IMG/VR virus record: IMGVR_UViG_2588254079_000001
Span: 2,998 to 66,997 of that record
Strand: one strand, 5' to 3'
DNA length: 64,000 nt
Origin: a virus
Lineage: Duplodnaviria > Caudoviricetes
How positions within the stretch are numbered: the stretch's first letter is position 1; the number at the start of each line of letters is the position of its first letter. Positions 49,478-59,800 of the stretch are shown piece by piece. The notes beneath the pieces are model-generated. The model worked only from the letters and a program-made list of their open reading frames with translations, searched no databases and was not told the origin of the DNA. The position numbers and the translations under genes were made by a program.

Positions 49478-50332
49478 TTAGGCTGCTATACCTGACACCT
49501 CATCCGGCTTCGTGTACAGCATCATGTCTGTATATTTAGCTTGATAGTTTACGCTTGCACTAAACTCCACTTTCCTGCATTCCTTGAATGGGCTGCCGAC
49601 AAATGGGTTTCGGTCCATCCAGTCGCACAGTTCTAAAATGGAGGACTTGTTCGAGGTGAAGTACACGAACGAATGCCCTTTCAGAACGGTTAGTACATCC
49701 AGATAGTCAGCCAGACGCCAGAACATCTTGTAAGTACCCACCTCGGTGGAGAGGTACGGCGGATCAACCAGGAACACCACACCCGGAACATCTTTGTAAC
49801 GTTTGAATACTTCCTTGTAGTCTTCGCTGGTTATAGTCAGTCCTTCCAGATAATCCTTTGCTTCGGGATAGTCTGTCTGCCGAATCCTATTGTAGATGGC
49901 TTCTTTCTTCATTCCTTCCAAACTGGTCACATATTTCATGGCGAACAACAAGGATGCGGAAACCGTGATATAATCCACGTAACCGTGCTCTTTTTCTTCC
50001 CTCTCAATACGAGCAAACATTTTATCGCGAACCTCCCCGGTTATACGTTTGTTTCTGGGTTCCCCTTCAGCTATCCGACGCAAATCGGATAACAGCACAT
50101 TGGTGGCCGGGATATTTACAAGTCGGCAGCGGTAGTTGTCGAAGTCATTATACACAACGGTGGCATCAGGCCTGACACATTTGGTAATATGTGACAGCAG
50201 GCCCGAGCCGCCAAACAAGTCCACAAACACGGTGCTGTCCGGGAACTGTCCCAGCACCTTGATAAATTCCCTCGCAAACATGCGTTTCTGCCCCACGAAA
50301 GGAAGCGGGGCGGACAAATACATCTTTCTCAT
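49478..50332 (-). CDS. Dam-like N6-adenine DNA methyltransferase
   Basis: PFVGQK, DLFGGSG, YND and DPPY motifs. Confidence 0.88.
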   Translation of the reverse strand: MRKMYLSAPLPFVGQKRMFAREFIKVLGQFPDSTVFVDLFGGSGLLSHITKCVRPDATVVYNDFDNYRCRLVNIPATNVLLSDLRRIAEGEPRNKRITGEVRDKMFARIEREEKEHGYVDYITVSASLLFAMKYVTSLEGMKKEAIYNRIRQTDYPEAKDYLEGLTITSEDYKEVFKRYKDVPGVVFLVDPPYLSTEVGTYKMFWRLADYLDVLTVLKGHSFVYFTSNKSSILELCDWMDRNPFVGSPFKECRKVEFSASVNYQAKYTDMMLYTKPDEVSGIAA

Positions 50333-50427
50333 TTCATTCTGCTTTAAAACGGCCGCAAAGGTCCACAGAATAAACGAAAAACAGCGGGAAACATGAACTG
50401 TTCCCGCTGCAAGACATATACAGCAAA

Positions 50428-51072
50428 CTACACGTTCAACCCGAAGCGGACCGTCTCGTCACCGGCGATCAGCGCACGGGTGCCCGGGATATTATTCTCG
50501 TAGATATGTACATTGCCCAGATAGAGAGTGATCGACTTCAAGGGAAGTTCTATCTGCCGCGCCATCAGGTACAGGTGGTAAATATCGGAAGGTAGCCCGA
50601 GGTTTGCGTCACTGCTGCGCTGGTAGGCGGACAGAACCAGTTCACCGCCATCTAACTGGAACTGTACCAGACTCAAACAGGGTGCCTGGTTGCTCTCGGC
50701 ACCGGTTTCGCCCAGAAAAAGCACGTAGTTCTTGCTGTTGCGCCTCTCCCGGTTAATTTTCGCTATCAACGGAGGCAGCTTCTCGAAATAGGTCGGGTAA
50801 CTGTTCACCAGGATGGAGCCGCAATAGTCCCACCAGTTGATGCCGGCCTCCCGGTACTTCTCCACGTTGCGCTCACCCTGCATAAATAACTGCAACTCGC
50901 TGCGGAGCTTCTTGCGGGCGATATTATGCCCCTCGAATATGTCAAGCAGGTCCGCCGGTGTCAGTGACAGCTGCTCGTTCAGAAGGTATTGTATATTTCC
51001 CTTCTTGTTGGTCTGTGTTTTTCCCGTGGCAAGAATCTTGTCCAGGATACGGTAATACTTGTTCATAGCCAT
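50428..51072 (-). CDS. Short thymidylate-synthase-family protein (possibly dCMP-specific)
   Basis: APCL, YQRSSD, LGLPSD and GNVHIY motifs. Confidence 0.85.
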   Translation of the reverse strand: MAMNKYYRILDKILATGKTQTNKKGNIQYLLNEQLSLTPADLLDIFEGHNIARKKLRSELQLFMQGERNVEKYREAGINWWDYCGSILVNSYPTYFEKLPPLIAKINRERRNSKNYVLFLGETGAESNQAPCLSLVQFQLDGGELVLSAYQRSSDANLGLPSDIYHLYLMARQIELPLKSITLYLGNVHIYENNIPGTRALIAGDETVRFGLNV

Positions 51073-51144
51073 TTCCTCCTTCTAAATTTGAAACACCCTA
51101 AAGATAAGGGGAAACGGCACTCCCTACGACATAAAACAACCCGT

Positions 51145-51387
51145 TCACACTGCAAGCGTCTTGCAGTCGCTCTGGAATCGTTTCACCAAGGCATAAACCT
51201 TACGTTCGCTCACCGAATACTTTTCGGACAATACGGCCACAGCATACGAGACTTTTTCACCTTGATCGAGTAGGCGGGTATAGTCCGCGTACAGGTCGAT
51301 ATACCGGGCATCTTCCAGACGGATGCCGGCCGCCTGAAGCCTTTTCAACAGCTCCCGGTTAAAGTTTAATATCTCAATCACTTTCAT
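51145..51387 (-). CDS. Small HTH protein (Mor/C-like regulator candidate)
   Basis: LSEKYSVSERKVYALVKRF HTH. Confidence 0.65.
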   Translation of the reverse strand: MKVIEILNFNRELLKRLQAAGIRLEDARYIDLYADYTRLLDQGEKVSYAVAVLSEKYSVSERKVYALVKRFQSDCKTLAV

Positions 51388-51413
51388 ACAACAAAAAAAT
51401 TATATCTTTGCAT

Positions 51414-51547
51414 CGCCAATCATTTTTTAGACAACAAAAAAAACGTCAAACCGTGACAGAGGGTATTTGCCCCCGGTCGCGCGGTTTGGCGTTTCATGTT
51501 TATAAAAGTGATTGGCGTTACTTTTTAACAGGCCGGGGGCTTTTTTC
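51414..51547 (+). ncRNA. Putative structured ncRNA
   Basis: TATCTTTG at 51403-51410; nested stems with G-U pairs valid only on +; ends in a T7 run. Confidence 0.55.
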
Positions 51548-51566
51548 TTATCCTCCCCCGAAGGAT

Positions 51567-52052
51567 TTATTCCACCCGGTACTTCTCCGGATCAAAAGCG
51601 TCTTTCTTCCTCCAGCCGTCAGACAGCGTGTCCTGAACATGCTTCATGGCTTTCGTGTAGAAATCGGTCAGTTCCTCCAGTGTGACGAACTCCCGATATT
51701 GGGGAACCTCATCCGTACCGAACTTGAATGTCACGGGAAGCGTAGCACCACCAGTCTGTACGGCCAGATCATACGCTGCCTTATAATTGAACTGGTTTTC
51801 ACTTGACAGCCATACCGGCATACCTTCATAGAGAAAACCGGAAAGTATCTCACGGTCAATTTGCTCATTACACCAGTCTGTAATGACGGACTTTATAGTA
51901 TCCATGTGAGGTCTGCCGACAAAGCCTTCCTCCATGTAGGAGGCGGATCCGTCCTCACGTTCCTGTACATCCCAGCGGATGCGCCATCTGTTGCGTGCCG
52001 GGCTCACGCACTCGATCAGTTTTATCCCGGATGTTCCTTCTACCCGTTTCAT
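51567..52052 (-). CDS. Phage protein, DUF4376-like, translationally coupled to the RT
   Basis: VWLSSENQFNYKAAYDLA motif; ATGA overlap with the RT stop. Confidence 0.65.
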   Translation of the reverse strand: MKRVEGTSGIKLIECVSPARNRWRIRWDVQEREDGSASYMEEGFVGRPHMDTIKSVITDWCNEQIDREILSGFLYEGMPVWLSSENQFNYKAAYDLAVQTGGATLPVTFKFGTDEVPQYREFVTLEELTDFYTKAMKHVQDTLSDGWRKKDAFDPEKYRVE

Positions 52053-53353
52053 GTAAATATGTATTTAGTTCGACCCTTGCCGAAGGTTTCCGTCTTGATG
52101 GTGGTCTCGAACGGGAAGCCGTCGGGCATATCCTTCACTTGCAAGAGGATGTTCTTCATCTCCTCGCTGTTGGTAAAGAACTTTTTCGGTTCACCGTTCA
52201 TCTCAATGGCCACGATACAGCGGTCCTCGCCCTGTTCGGTCTTGATGCCCGTCTCGAAGTCCTTCACCACAATCGGTAAGTTCACCAGCTCCCGGATGCT
52301 TACCACCACCCCGGGAAAACGTTTCTTGCCGTCCTCCGGCTTGTAGGAAACGTTCAAGTCTTTAAATGATCTCATGTCTTTGCCTGTTAATTTTTTAAAC
52401 AACGTATGACAGTCGGCGTGCTTGGCCATCCCGTAGAACGACGCTATCAGCTCACGCCTCCTCCTTCTCGATTTTACCTCGTGCATTTTTCGGGCGAACT
52501 TCTGCTTGATGCGCTTGCGAAGGCGGACATGGTCCGCACCGAAAGTCACATACCCCAGAAAGTCGATGCCCTCGCCCGGCGGGAACACGCGCTCGTTCCC
52601 CTTCACCAGGAGACCGGCACACTCCATGCGCCCGTGGACGGCATCACGAATCTTCCACAGTTCCGCTTTCGTTTTACCCAGTACGACGCCGTCATCACAA
52701 TAGCGGTAGAAATGACGCACGGCATACCTGTCCTTCAGATAATGGTCCAGATACACAGACAAAAGCAAATTGCCCAGCCCCTGCGAGCTGCGCAGGCCGA
52801 TACTCAGACCTTCAGGCATCAGGCGGATAAAGCTCTCCAGCATGGTCACGAGCTTTGCGTCCTTGAACACCCGGCTGACGCAATACATCACAAAATCCTG
52901 CTTCACGCTCTCGTAGAATTTGGTGATGTCAAACTTGTAACAGTAACGTGTACCATCAGGGTCTTCGGCCATGTCACGGCGGACATACGCCAGGAGGTCG
53001 TGCATCCCCCGTCTCTTGATACTGGCGGAGGTGGTACGGATGAAACGTTTCCGCAGATGGCGGTCCACCACCGCCATGATGGCATGCACGGCGATGCGGT
53101 CCTTCATCGGGATCACCTGAATGCGGCGTAGCTTGCCGCCCTCGATGATCTCGCGTTCACGGTAGTCCTTCACGCGGAAAGTACCGGATGCGATCTGCGC
53201 GACCAGCTCCTCCAACACCTCGGGCTTATGCGCGAGCAGATAGCACCCCTGGCGGCTGCGTTTACGCTTGCTGCCGCGAAGGACCTGCCGGAAGGAAGCC
53301 TCCATGTTGGAAGGCTCCACGATCTCCTCGATGATATACCCAACCCTGCGCAT
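52049..53353 (-). CDS. DGR reverse transcriptase with C-terminal extension
   Basis: KLRRI, DRIAVHA, KFDITKFY, GLSIGLRSSQ (DGR-type SQ), YRYCDD and IDFLGY motifs; adjacent to the TR. Confidence 0.95.
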   Translation of the reverse strand: MRRVGYIIEEIVEPSNMEASFRQVLRGSKRKRSRQGCYLLAHKPEVLEELVAQIASGTFRVKDYREREIIEGGKLRRIQVIPMKDRIAVHAIMAVVDRHLRKRFIRTTSASIKRRGMHDLLAYVRRDMAEDPDGTRYCYKFDITKFYESVKQDFVMYCVSRVFKDAKLVTMLESFIRLMPEGLSIGLRSSQGLGNLLLSVYLDHYLKDRYAVRHFYRYCDDGVVLGKTKAELWKIRDAVHGRMECAGLLVKGNERVFPPGEGIDFLGYVTFGADHVRLRKRIKQKFARKMHEVKSRRRRRELIASFYGMAKHADCHTLFKKLTGKDMRSFKDLNVSYKPEDGKKRFPGVVVSIRELVNLPIVVKDFETGIKTEQGEDRCIVAIEMNGEPKKFFTNSEEMKNILLQVKDMPDGFPFETTIKTETFGKGRTKYIFT

Positions 53354-53560
53354 AAATTACTGTTTATTGCTTTTAATACGGGGCCTTCAATCCCCCGGGC
53401 CCGGCTTCTTCGAACCGTTTCCGGCCTACCAAACCCTACCCGACACTTTATTTTTCAGTTTTCCGGCCCTTACGGACCGCTGTTACTGCGGCTTGCCCCC
53501 CTCGGCACCACGGTGGGGACAAGTCCCCGGTGTTGTACGCCGATTAAAATTTCCTTTCGA

Positions 53561-53678
53561 TTGTTGTTCAGACGAGAACCGATGTTCGTGTTCGTATTCG
53601 AGGAATCGTTGTTCGCATTCGACATCGAAACACCGCCATTCGGGTTCGCGTTGTTGTTGCCACGATAGACCACACGGC
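53561..53678 (-). repeat. DGR template repeat (TR)
   Basis: AAC/AAT-rich copy of 53931-54048; all 18 differences are at TR adenines. Confidence 0.96.
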
Positions 53679-53705
53679 CTATGGGGAGGCGCCACCTTTC
53701 AAATG

Positions 53706-53713
53706 CAAAAGTA
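53706..53713 (-). promoter_or_regulatory. Promoter -7 box for the TR-RT transcript
   Basis: TACTTTTG on minus, 28 nt upstream of the TR. Confidence 0.6.
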
Positions 53714-53775
53714 CTATTTTCAAATTATTATTTAACAAACAGATACAAAACCTGACGTCAAAAAAATATTTTTCG

Positions 53776-53820
53776 ACGGGCTGACGCCCGTAATGAACGG
53801 CGTTCCCCTGCTCGGGGAAC
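53776..53820. other. Two GC-rich hairpins downstream of the target gene (DGR homing cruciform candidates)
   Basis: ACGGGC-TGAC-GCCCGT and GTTCCCC-TGCTC-GGGGAAC. Confidence 0.6.
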
Positions 53821-53869
53821 ACCGGATGTTTTGTCGCTTCGCTCCCGCTTTGACGCTTTACGCGGCCGA

Positions 53870-56800
53870 TCATGCAACCTCGCTTATCGCTTTAAACGCC
53901 ACGGCGCTCGACGCCTTAACGAGCCGGCCGCGGAAGGCCAGACGAGAACCGATGCTCGCGTACGTATACGAGGAATCGTAGTACGCATACGACATCGAAA
54001 CACCGCCATACGGGTACGCGTAGCTGTAGCCACGATAGACCACACGGCTGGAGGCAGTGGATATGTAGTAGATGTCGCAGTAATTTGTCGAGGAGGAACC
54101 CGAAACGGAACCCACCGGAATCACGTCCATATATTTGCCATGCGCCACGGCGGTAATCCAGATACCGGAGCTCACGGAACCCTTAACCAGGCGGGTACTG
54201 CCGTCAGGCATCCAGATGCGCCACTTCCCGGAATTGCCCGTGTCATTAGGAAGATCCACGCCGTCCATCATGTCATATTTATGACCATAGATGTCCTCGT
54301 AGCCAAGGCAGCAAATATTATTCACCTGCGTAACCGTGGCCCCGCCGTAGTCATCCTTCTCACGGTACCACGCATACTGGTGGACGGAGTTTTCTATCAG
54401 GCTGTTCGTCACATTAGGGTTGATTGAGGAGGCTTCCTCGTAGCCGATCGTGTCCGTCATACCGCGGCTGGCAGTACCACCCGTAGTACGGTTGTTCGTG
54501 TGAGAGCCCGCGCCGCATTGTTCCTGGCTGTCACGACGACCGTACTTCGCGTAGAAAAGATTCGCGATGCGCGAGTGCATAAGGGCATCAATCTGCTGCA
54601 TACCGCGCTGGACACTGTAATAGTGGAAATCAGCCCAGGTCATGCTCGCCGTAGTGCTCCCGCCGGTAATGCAGGCGCGAAGTTTGGAACCGACAACACT
54701 GCTGCCCACAACGGCACACAAGTGCTCGTCATTAGGCACCCATTCGGGTTCCATATCCTCGATCCTGTCACTGTTAGAAAGGACAACCTTATCGAACTCT
54801 GCCGTGTTCAGAATGGAGAAATGCAGGGCTGTAGCACGTTCCGGAACGTCTGCTATCAGATACATGCCGGCTTCAAATTTCAAGCCGATGGTCGGCACCA
54901 CAATACTCTTCAGGATGTTTCCCTCCGCATCAGCAAACACACTGCCGATAAGCCCTGTTCCTGGAACGCTCGGGAAGCGGACACGTCTGTAACCCGACAC
55001 GTCCACTTTGCACACGGAATAAGCCTTGTCCGTCGTATAGGATTCCATCAGCGTGGGCTTGCCGCTCATGATCTTGCGTTCACCCAGCCAGCCGCCCTGT
55101 GTCTCCTTGATGGCATCCAGTGTCAGTACCGTCGCCTCAGGCACCGGGGGCATTTCGTCCTCCGGATAACTGCTGTAGCAGGCGTACTTCTTGTTGTTCA
55201 AATAATCGTTGATGCCTTTGCTCCAGTAAAACGGCTCATACATCATCCAGTCTCCCTCGCTGCCGTCCAGCTTCGCCACCGTACAGTCGTTCATATCCTC
55301 CGCATCGGCATAGAAGTTCGAGCTTTCGTCATGCAGGGGGAAATAGGTCATCTCCCCGTCCGGGTTGTTCACTTCCACCTGCTGCCCGGCTATCTCCACC
55401 TTCCGGCTCGTGGGCATCTTCGTCACCTTGGCCAATACGCGGTGGCGCTTGGACAGGATGGCATTCACATGCCCGCTCATTTTGTACGTATTGCCGAATT
55501 TGTACCCCGTCTTGTTGTCCAGGTTCGAAACATTGGCATCGTCGGCCACGCTGTCGTCAAACTCGATCATCGTATAGGGCGGCTGCTTGATGGTCAGTTC
55601 CGGATAACGGGCGGCATACTTCTCCAGTTCCTCATCGGCCAGATACTTCGTCAGGGTCAGCTTGCCCCTCAGTCCCGAATGCCGGTCATCCACGGCACCC
55701 GTCTGTGTATACGTTCCGTAGTCGTAATACTTCTTCAGCAGGGTTCCGTCGTCTTCCCGGTCTATCTCCAGCACGAAGCGCTCCAGCTTGCCGCTGCCGT
55801 TCAGTCTGGCCTGGTGCAGGCGTTCCAGCATAGCGAACCCGTCGATGCCGGGGCAGTTGGTGTAGCGGTAGCCCCGCACATTATTGATCCCTTCCAGTAT
55901 CAGGCCACTATCGGACAGCTTGGTCAGATATTCCAGGAACAGTTCCTCAATCGTGTCCGGCAGGCATAACTGCACAACGGGCGCACCGGTGGCCAGTTTC
56001 ACACGGGTCAGCCCCGTACCCCTCACGTCCAGTTTCTTCAGGCGGCCCTGCCAGCTCAAGTCCAAAGTGGCCACATTCCCGTTGTCCCCGTTCCGGGCCA
56101 GCCGGTTGTTCCGCATGTTCACTTCTTCCAGAAGCAGCATACCATTGGTCGAAGCCATGAACGAGCCGTTCCGGTAACCGCTGGCTTTCTCCACGCTCAT
56201 GTCGAGTTTTACCAGTGAGGTCAGCAGACCGAAGTTGAAGCCGATTGCGAACGCATCCTCGTGCCATACCAGCTCCTTGATTTTGGCTGCACCGATAATC
56301 TTCAGCGGGTCGTTCTCACCGAAGGCACGGGTCAGCTGCAGGGAATGGAGCACGTCCGCATCCACCACGCCGCTGTCGGCCTGCACGCCGTTGCTGGTGG
56401 AGAGCTGCACACGGTACGGGATGGTCAGCCGGTACTGCATCGGTTTCAGTTTATAAGCCTTGTCCAGCGATGCCGTACTCTGGTAGAACTGGGCACCCAG
56501 CGTGGATACATAGCCGTACTCCACCTGCTTCAGGTCATACCGGCGTTGGATGAAGTAGTTCCGGTGTGCTTTCAACGAACCCTTCAGACCGTAGATTTGC
56601 GGATAGGTCTGTTTGGCACCGTCAGCACCCACCGGCATTTCGTTCAGGAACGGGTAGATGTATTTGAAGATGCCGGACTTGTTATAGAGGCGTGAGCACC
56701 ACTTCTTCATCTGTTCGGTATCGAAATGGTCAATGGCTTTCTGGATACTGAAGGCACTCATGAAGCTTGCGCCCCCGTTCCATCCGCTCACCATAATCTC

Positions 56801-59800
56801 CACAATCATGTCCCAGCAATTGGCCACGATGAGGTTCCACAGCCACGAGTTATGACCCTGCATCACATAAGCCCCGTCGCGCTTCGTCTGGCGGTTGTCG
56901 TCATACTTCCCGGTCAGGAACGACTTGTTGTCAGAACCGAGCTGGCAGTCGCCGTCATAATAGTCAATCGACCATTTCACACCGTCCCATGTGCGGATAA
57001 GCATGTTCTTCGCAAGCTGGTCCACGCCGAGGTTGAACTGCACGTACAGATAGTAGGCAATCAGGTGGGGAAGGTCGAAATACTTCCCGGCCTCTTTCCT
57101 GAACGTATCGCTCTGCCACTTGGCGGTAGGGAACTTGTCGCCGTCGTCCTCATAGTCCACCCCCTCGAACGAATGGGATTCCGTGCTGTAAACCATGTTC
57201 CTGCCCGCAGGCGTTTCCTTTACGCACCGGTAGACGAAACTCATCATGCGGTCGGTGGCCTTGTACATCTTGTCGTACTTGTCACCGGTACCGAGGTGGT
57301 CTTTCAGGTTCGGTTCTTCCTCCGCGTCACCGCCTCCGTCCGACCAGAAGGTATCTTTCGGATGATTAAATTCCAGTCCTCCGTCAAAGTTGTAGTCCAT
57401 GAAATCCTTATGCTCCGGTTCGGTACTCGGCAACCAGTGGAACAGGCACAGCGGATTGGAGTTGTTCAGCGTCTCGAAGCAGACGGGCAGGTACTGCTTG
57501 TGTCCTTCCTCGTCGGCTTCCAGGTAGTTCAGCGTGTCGCCCTCGCCCCATTTCTCGCCGCCGATGGTCTCATCCTGCCCGAAGATGGGGTAGCTGTCGC
57601 TCTTCTCGTTGTTCATGTTGTACTGGCCGTAATAGGTCAGGTCTTCGTCGGCACTCTTCGCTACGAACAGGTCGCACGGCAGGCCGTCGATGGCCGAACG
57701 GTAATCATCCTCCAGCCCATGGTCTTTGGCGTAACGCTGGGCAGGCGTAAGCAGCCCCATCTCTTTCAGTCCGTCATTGATAAGCTTCGCACCTCCGGTA
57801 TTGGTGGTCATGGACGAGTCCGAGAAGTCGCATTTGGAACATGCCAGCTTCGCGCCTACCGAGTTCCTGCGTAACTTGAAGAGATTTTTTTTGCCGGTAG
57901 TTACCACCGGATTCTTCTGCCTGCCGTTTCCGTCAATCTCCCCGTAGCTCAATGTAACCGTCCAGCCGCTTGCCGTCTTCTGGAAGTAGAAACGGAAGTT
58001 CTTTCTGGCATAGTTCACGGAAGAAGTACCCTGAATACGGACATATACGTTGGTAAGGATAAAGTCAAGCGTCCTGTCCTCTCCGTTATAGAAACGGACC
58101 TCCCTTACCAGTTTATTGGCCTTCTTGTCGTTCAGCTGGGCCAGTGCATCCACCACGTTCAGCGTGTCGCTCTCGCTCGGAACCTCACTGCCCACGCTGC
58201 CCGTGCCTATCAGTACCAGGATCGAGTTCCGGCGCTTCTTCATCAGCCCCATCAGCTTCTCCATGCTCACCGTATCTCCTTCATTCAGCACGCGGTTGTC
58301 CTCATCCAGTGAGCGCACGCCCGGTTCCCCGTCGGCATCCTCCAGGTGGTTGCGGTCCACGATGTAGTTGTTCAGCACCTCGTCCGAGGTCAGCGCCTTG
58401 TTATAGATACGCACGCTCTTCACGTTCAAGTCGGCACCTGCCGACTTAAATTCCAACTGGCTCTGAATGTCAAAATTCACCTTGTCGAGCCACTTGGAAG
58501 CAGCCGACTCTTCACCGTTCACATAGAAACCGATCAGCGTGCGCTGTTCGTTGGTCTGCACGTTCGGATAGAACACGTAGGTAATGCGGATATTCGTACC
58601 CGGCTGGAACTTGGTACCCACCGAGTCTTCATAGCGCAGCACCTGTCCGGCATCCATCGCCTCGGTCACCACACCGGTCAGGAACTTGGCCTCTTCCGGA
58701 GTCACAATCAGCCCGTACCGGTTGCCGTTGTCCAGCTGCCCCAGGCAGGTGATCAGCTCGGCATCCGTATCCGTCACGTTGGCCGTGCTGTATTCTATCT
58801 CCAGCGTCATGCCCACGTCACGGATGGCAAATCCCTCGGGCTTGTCCGCCTCGTTGAAGGGGCGGTAACCGCCGTCAGCGGTCAGGGTCATACCTGCACC
58901 ACTGGCCAGCAGCAGGCGGTCCTTGTGCCAGCCGCTACCGGCACCATATTCGTTCACGCTCCACAGCACGTCCCGGAACTCCATACGCTTGTCACCGCTC
59001 ACCCAGCTTGCCGGGTTGTTTTCCGTGTTGCTTCGCCCGAAGGCGTCAAACGTACACACGGCATCCGGTGCCAGCGTGGCTTCAATGTCCGGGTGCGATG
59101 TGGTGTTCACCTGCACCTCAAGCACGGCATCGCCGCATGACACACGGTAGTCCAACGGTTCCACGTTCACGTTCGTCCGTCCGTAGCTGCCGGTCTCACC
59201 GCGTTGCAGCAGGTCTTCCTTCACCACGCTGCCCCGGTCGGTCACTTTCACACGGGCCGTATACGCATCGCGGTCATAGCCGGCATACGTGAAGTTCCAT
59301 GCCGTGAACTGCTCTGCCTCCAGCACCGGGTGTTTCCAGTCACGCTGGAACCCCGCTGCCCGGTGGCTGAACATCAGGCCGGCATACGCTGTCACACCTC
59401 CGCCTGCCTTCAGCAGCGTAATGTAATGCACCCGGCTCACCACACCGGAGTTCTCATGCTGCGCGTAGGCTTCCACCACGTTCGTACCCTCCTGCATCTG
59501 TGTCAGGGGGATGGTCACGTTCTTCTGCTGCACACCGCTGCCGGCCGAAAGACCGAGGGTAAAGGCCTGTCCGCCGTTCACGCGGTAGTAGATGTTCTTC
59601 TCACCGCTCGTGCCCTTGGCAGTAAAGGGGATGTTCACGTCATTTTTATATCCCCCGTCGGCCAGCCCGTTGCCCGCCGAGTAGGTGGTCTCCAGCTCCA
59701 TGGCCACCATGGTCACCTTGGCCGTGGCCGTCTTCATCAGCGTGCCGTCCTGGTAAGTTGCCTGCGCTTCCACCTGTACGGTATAGGCAGTGGCATCCTT

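Noticed and set aside
52049-53353. RT as a group II intron, retron or Abi RT
   Set aside because: The adjacent TR/VR pair and SQ motif indicate a DGR; no maturase domain or retron VTG motif is seen.
53470-53695. Short ORFs across the TR
   Set aside because: Open because the TR copies coding VR sequence; better explained as template RNA.
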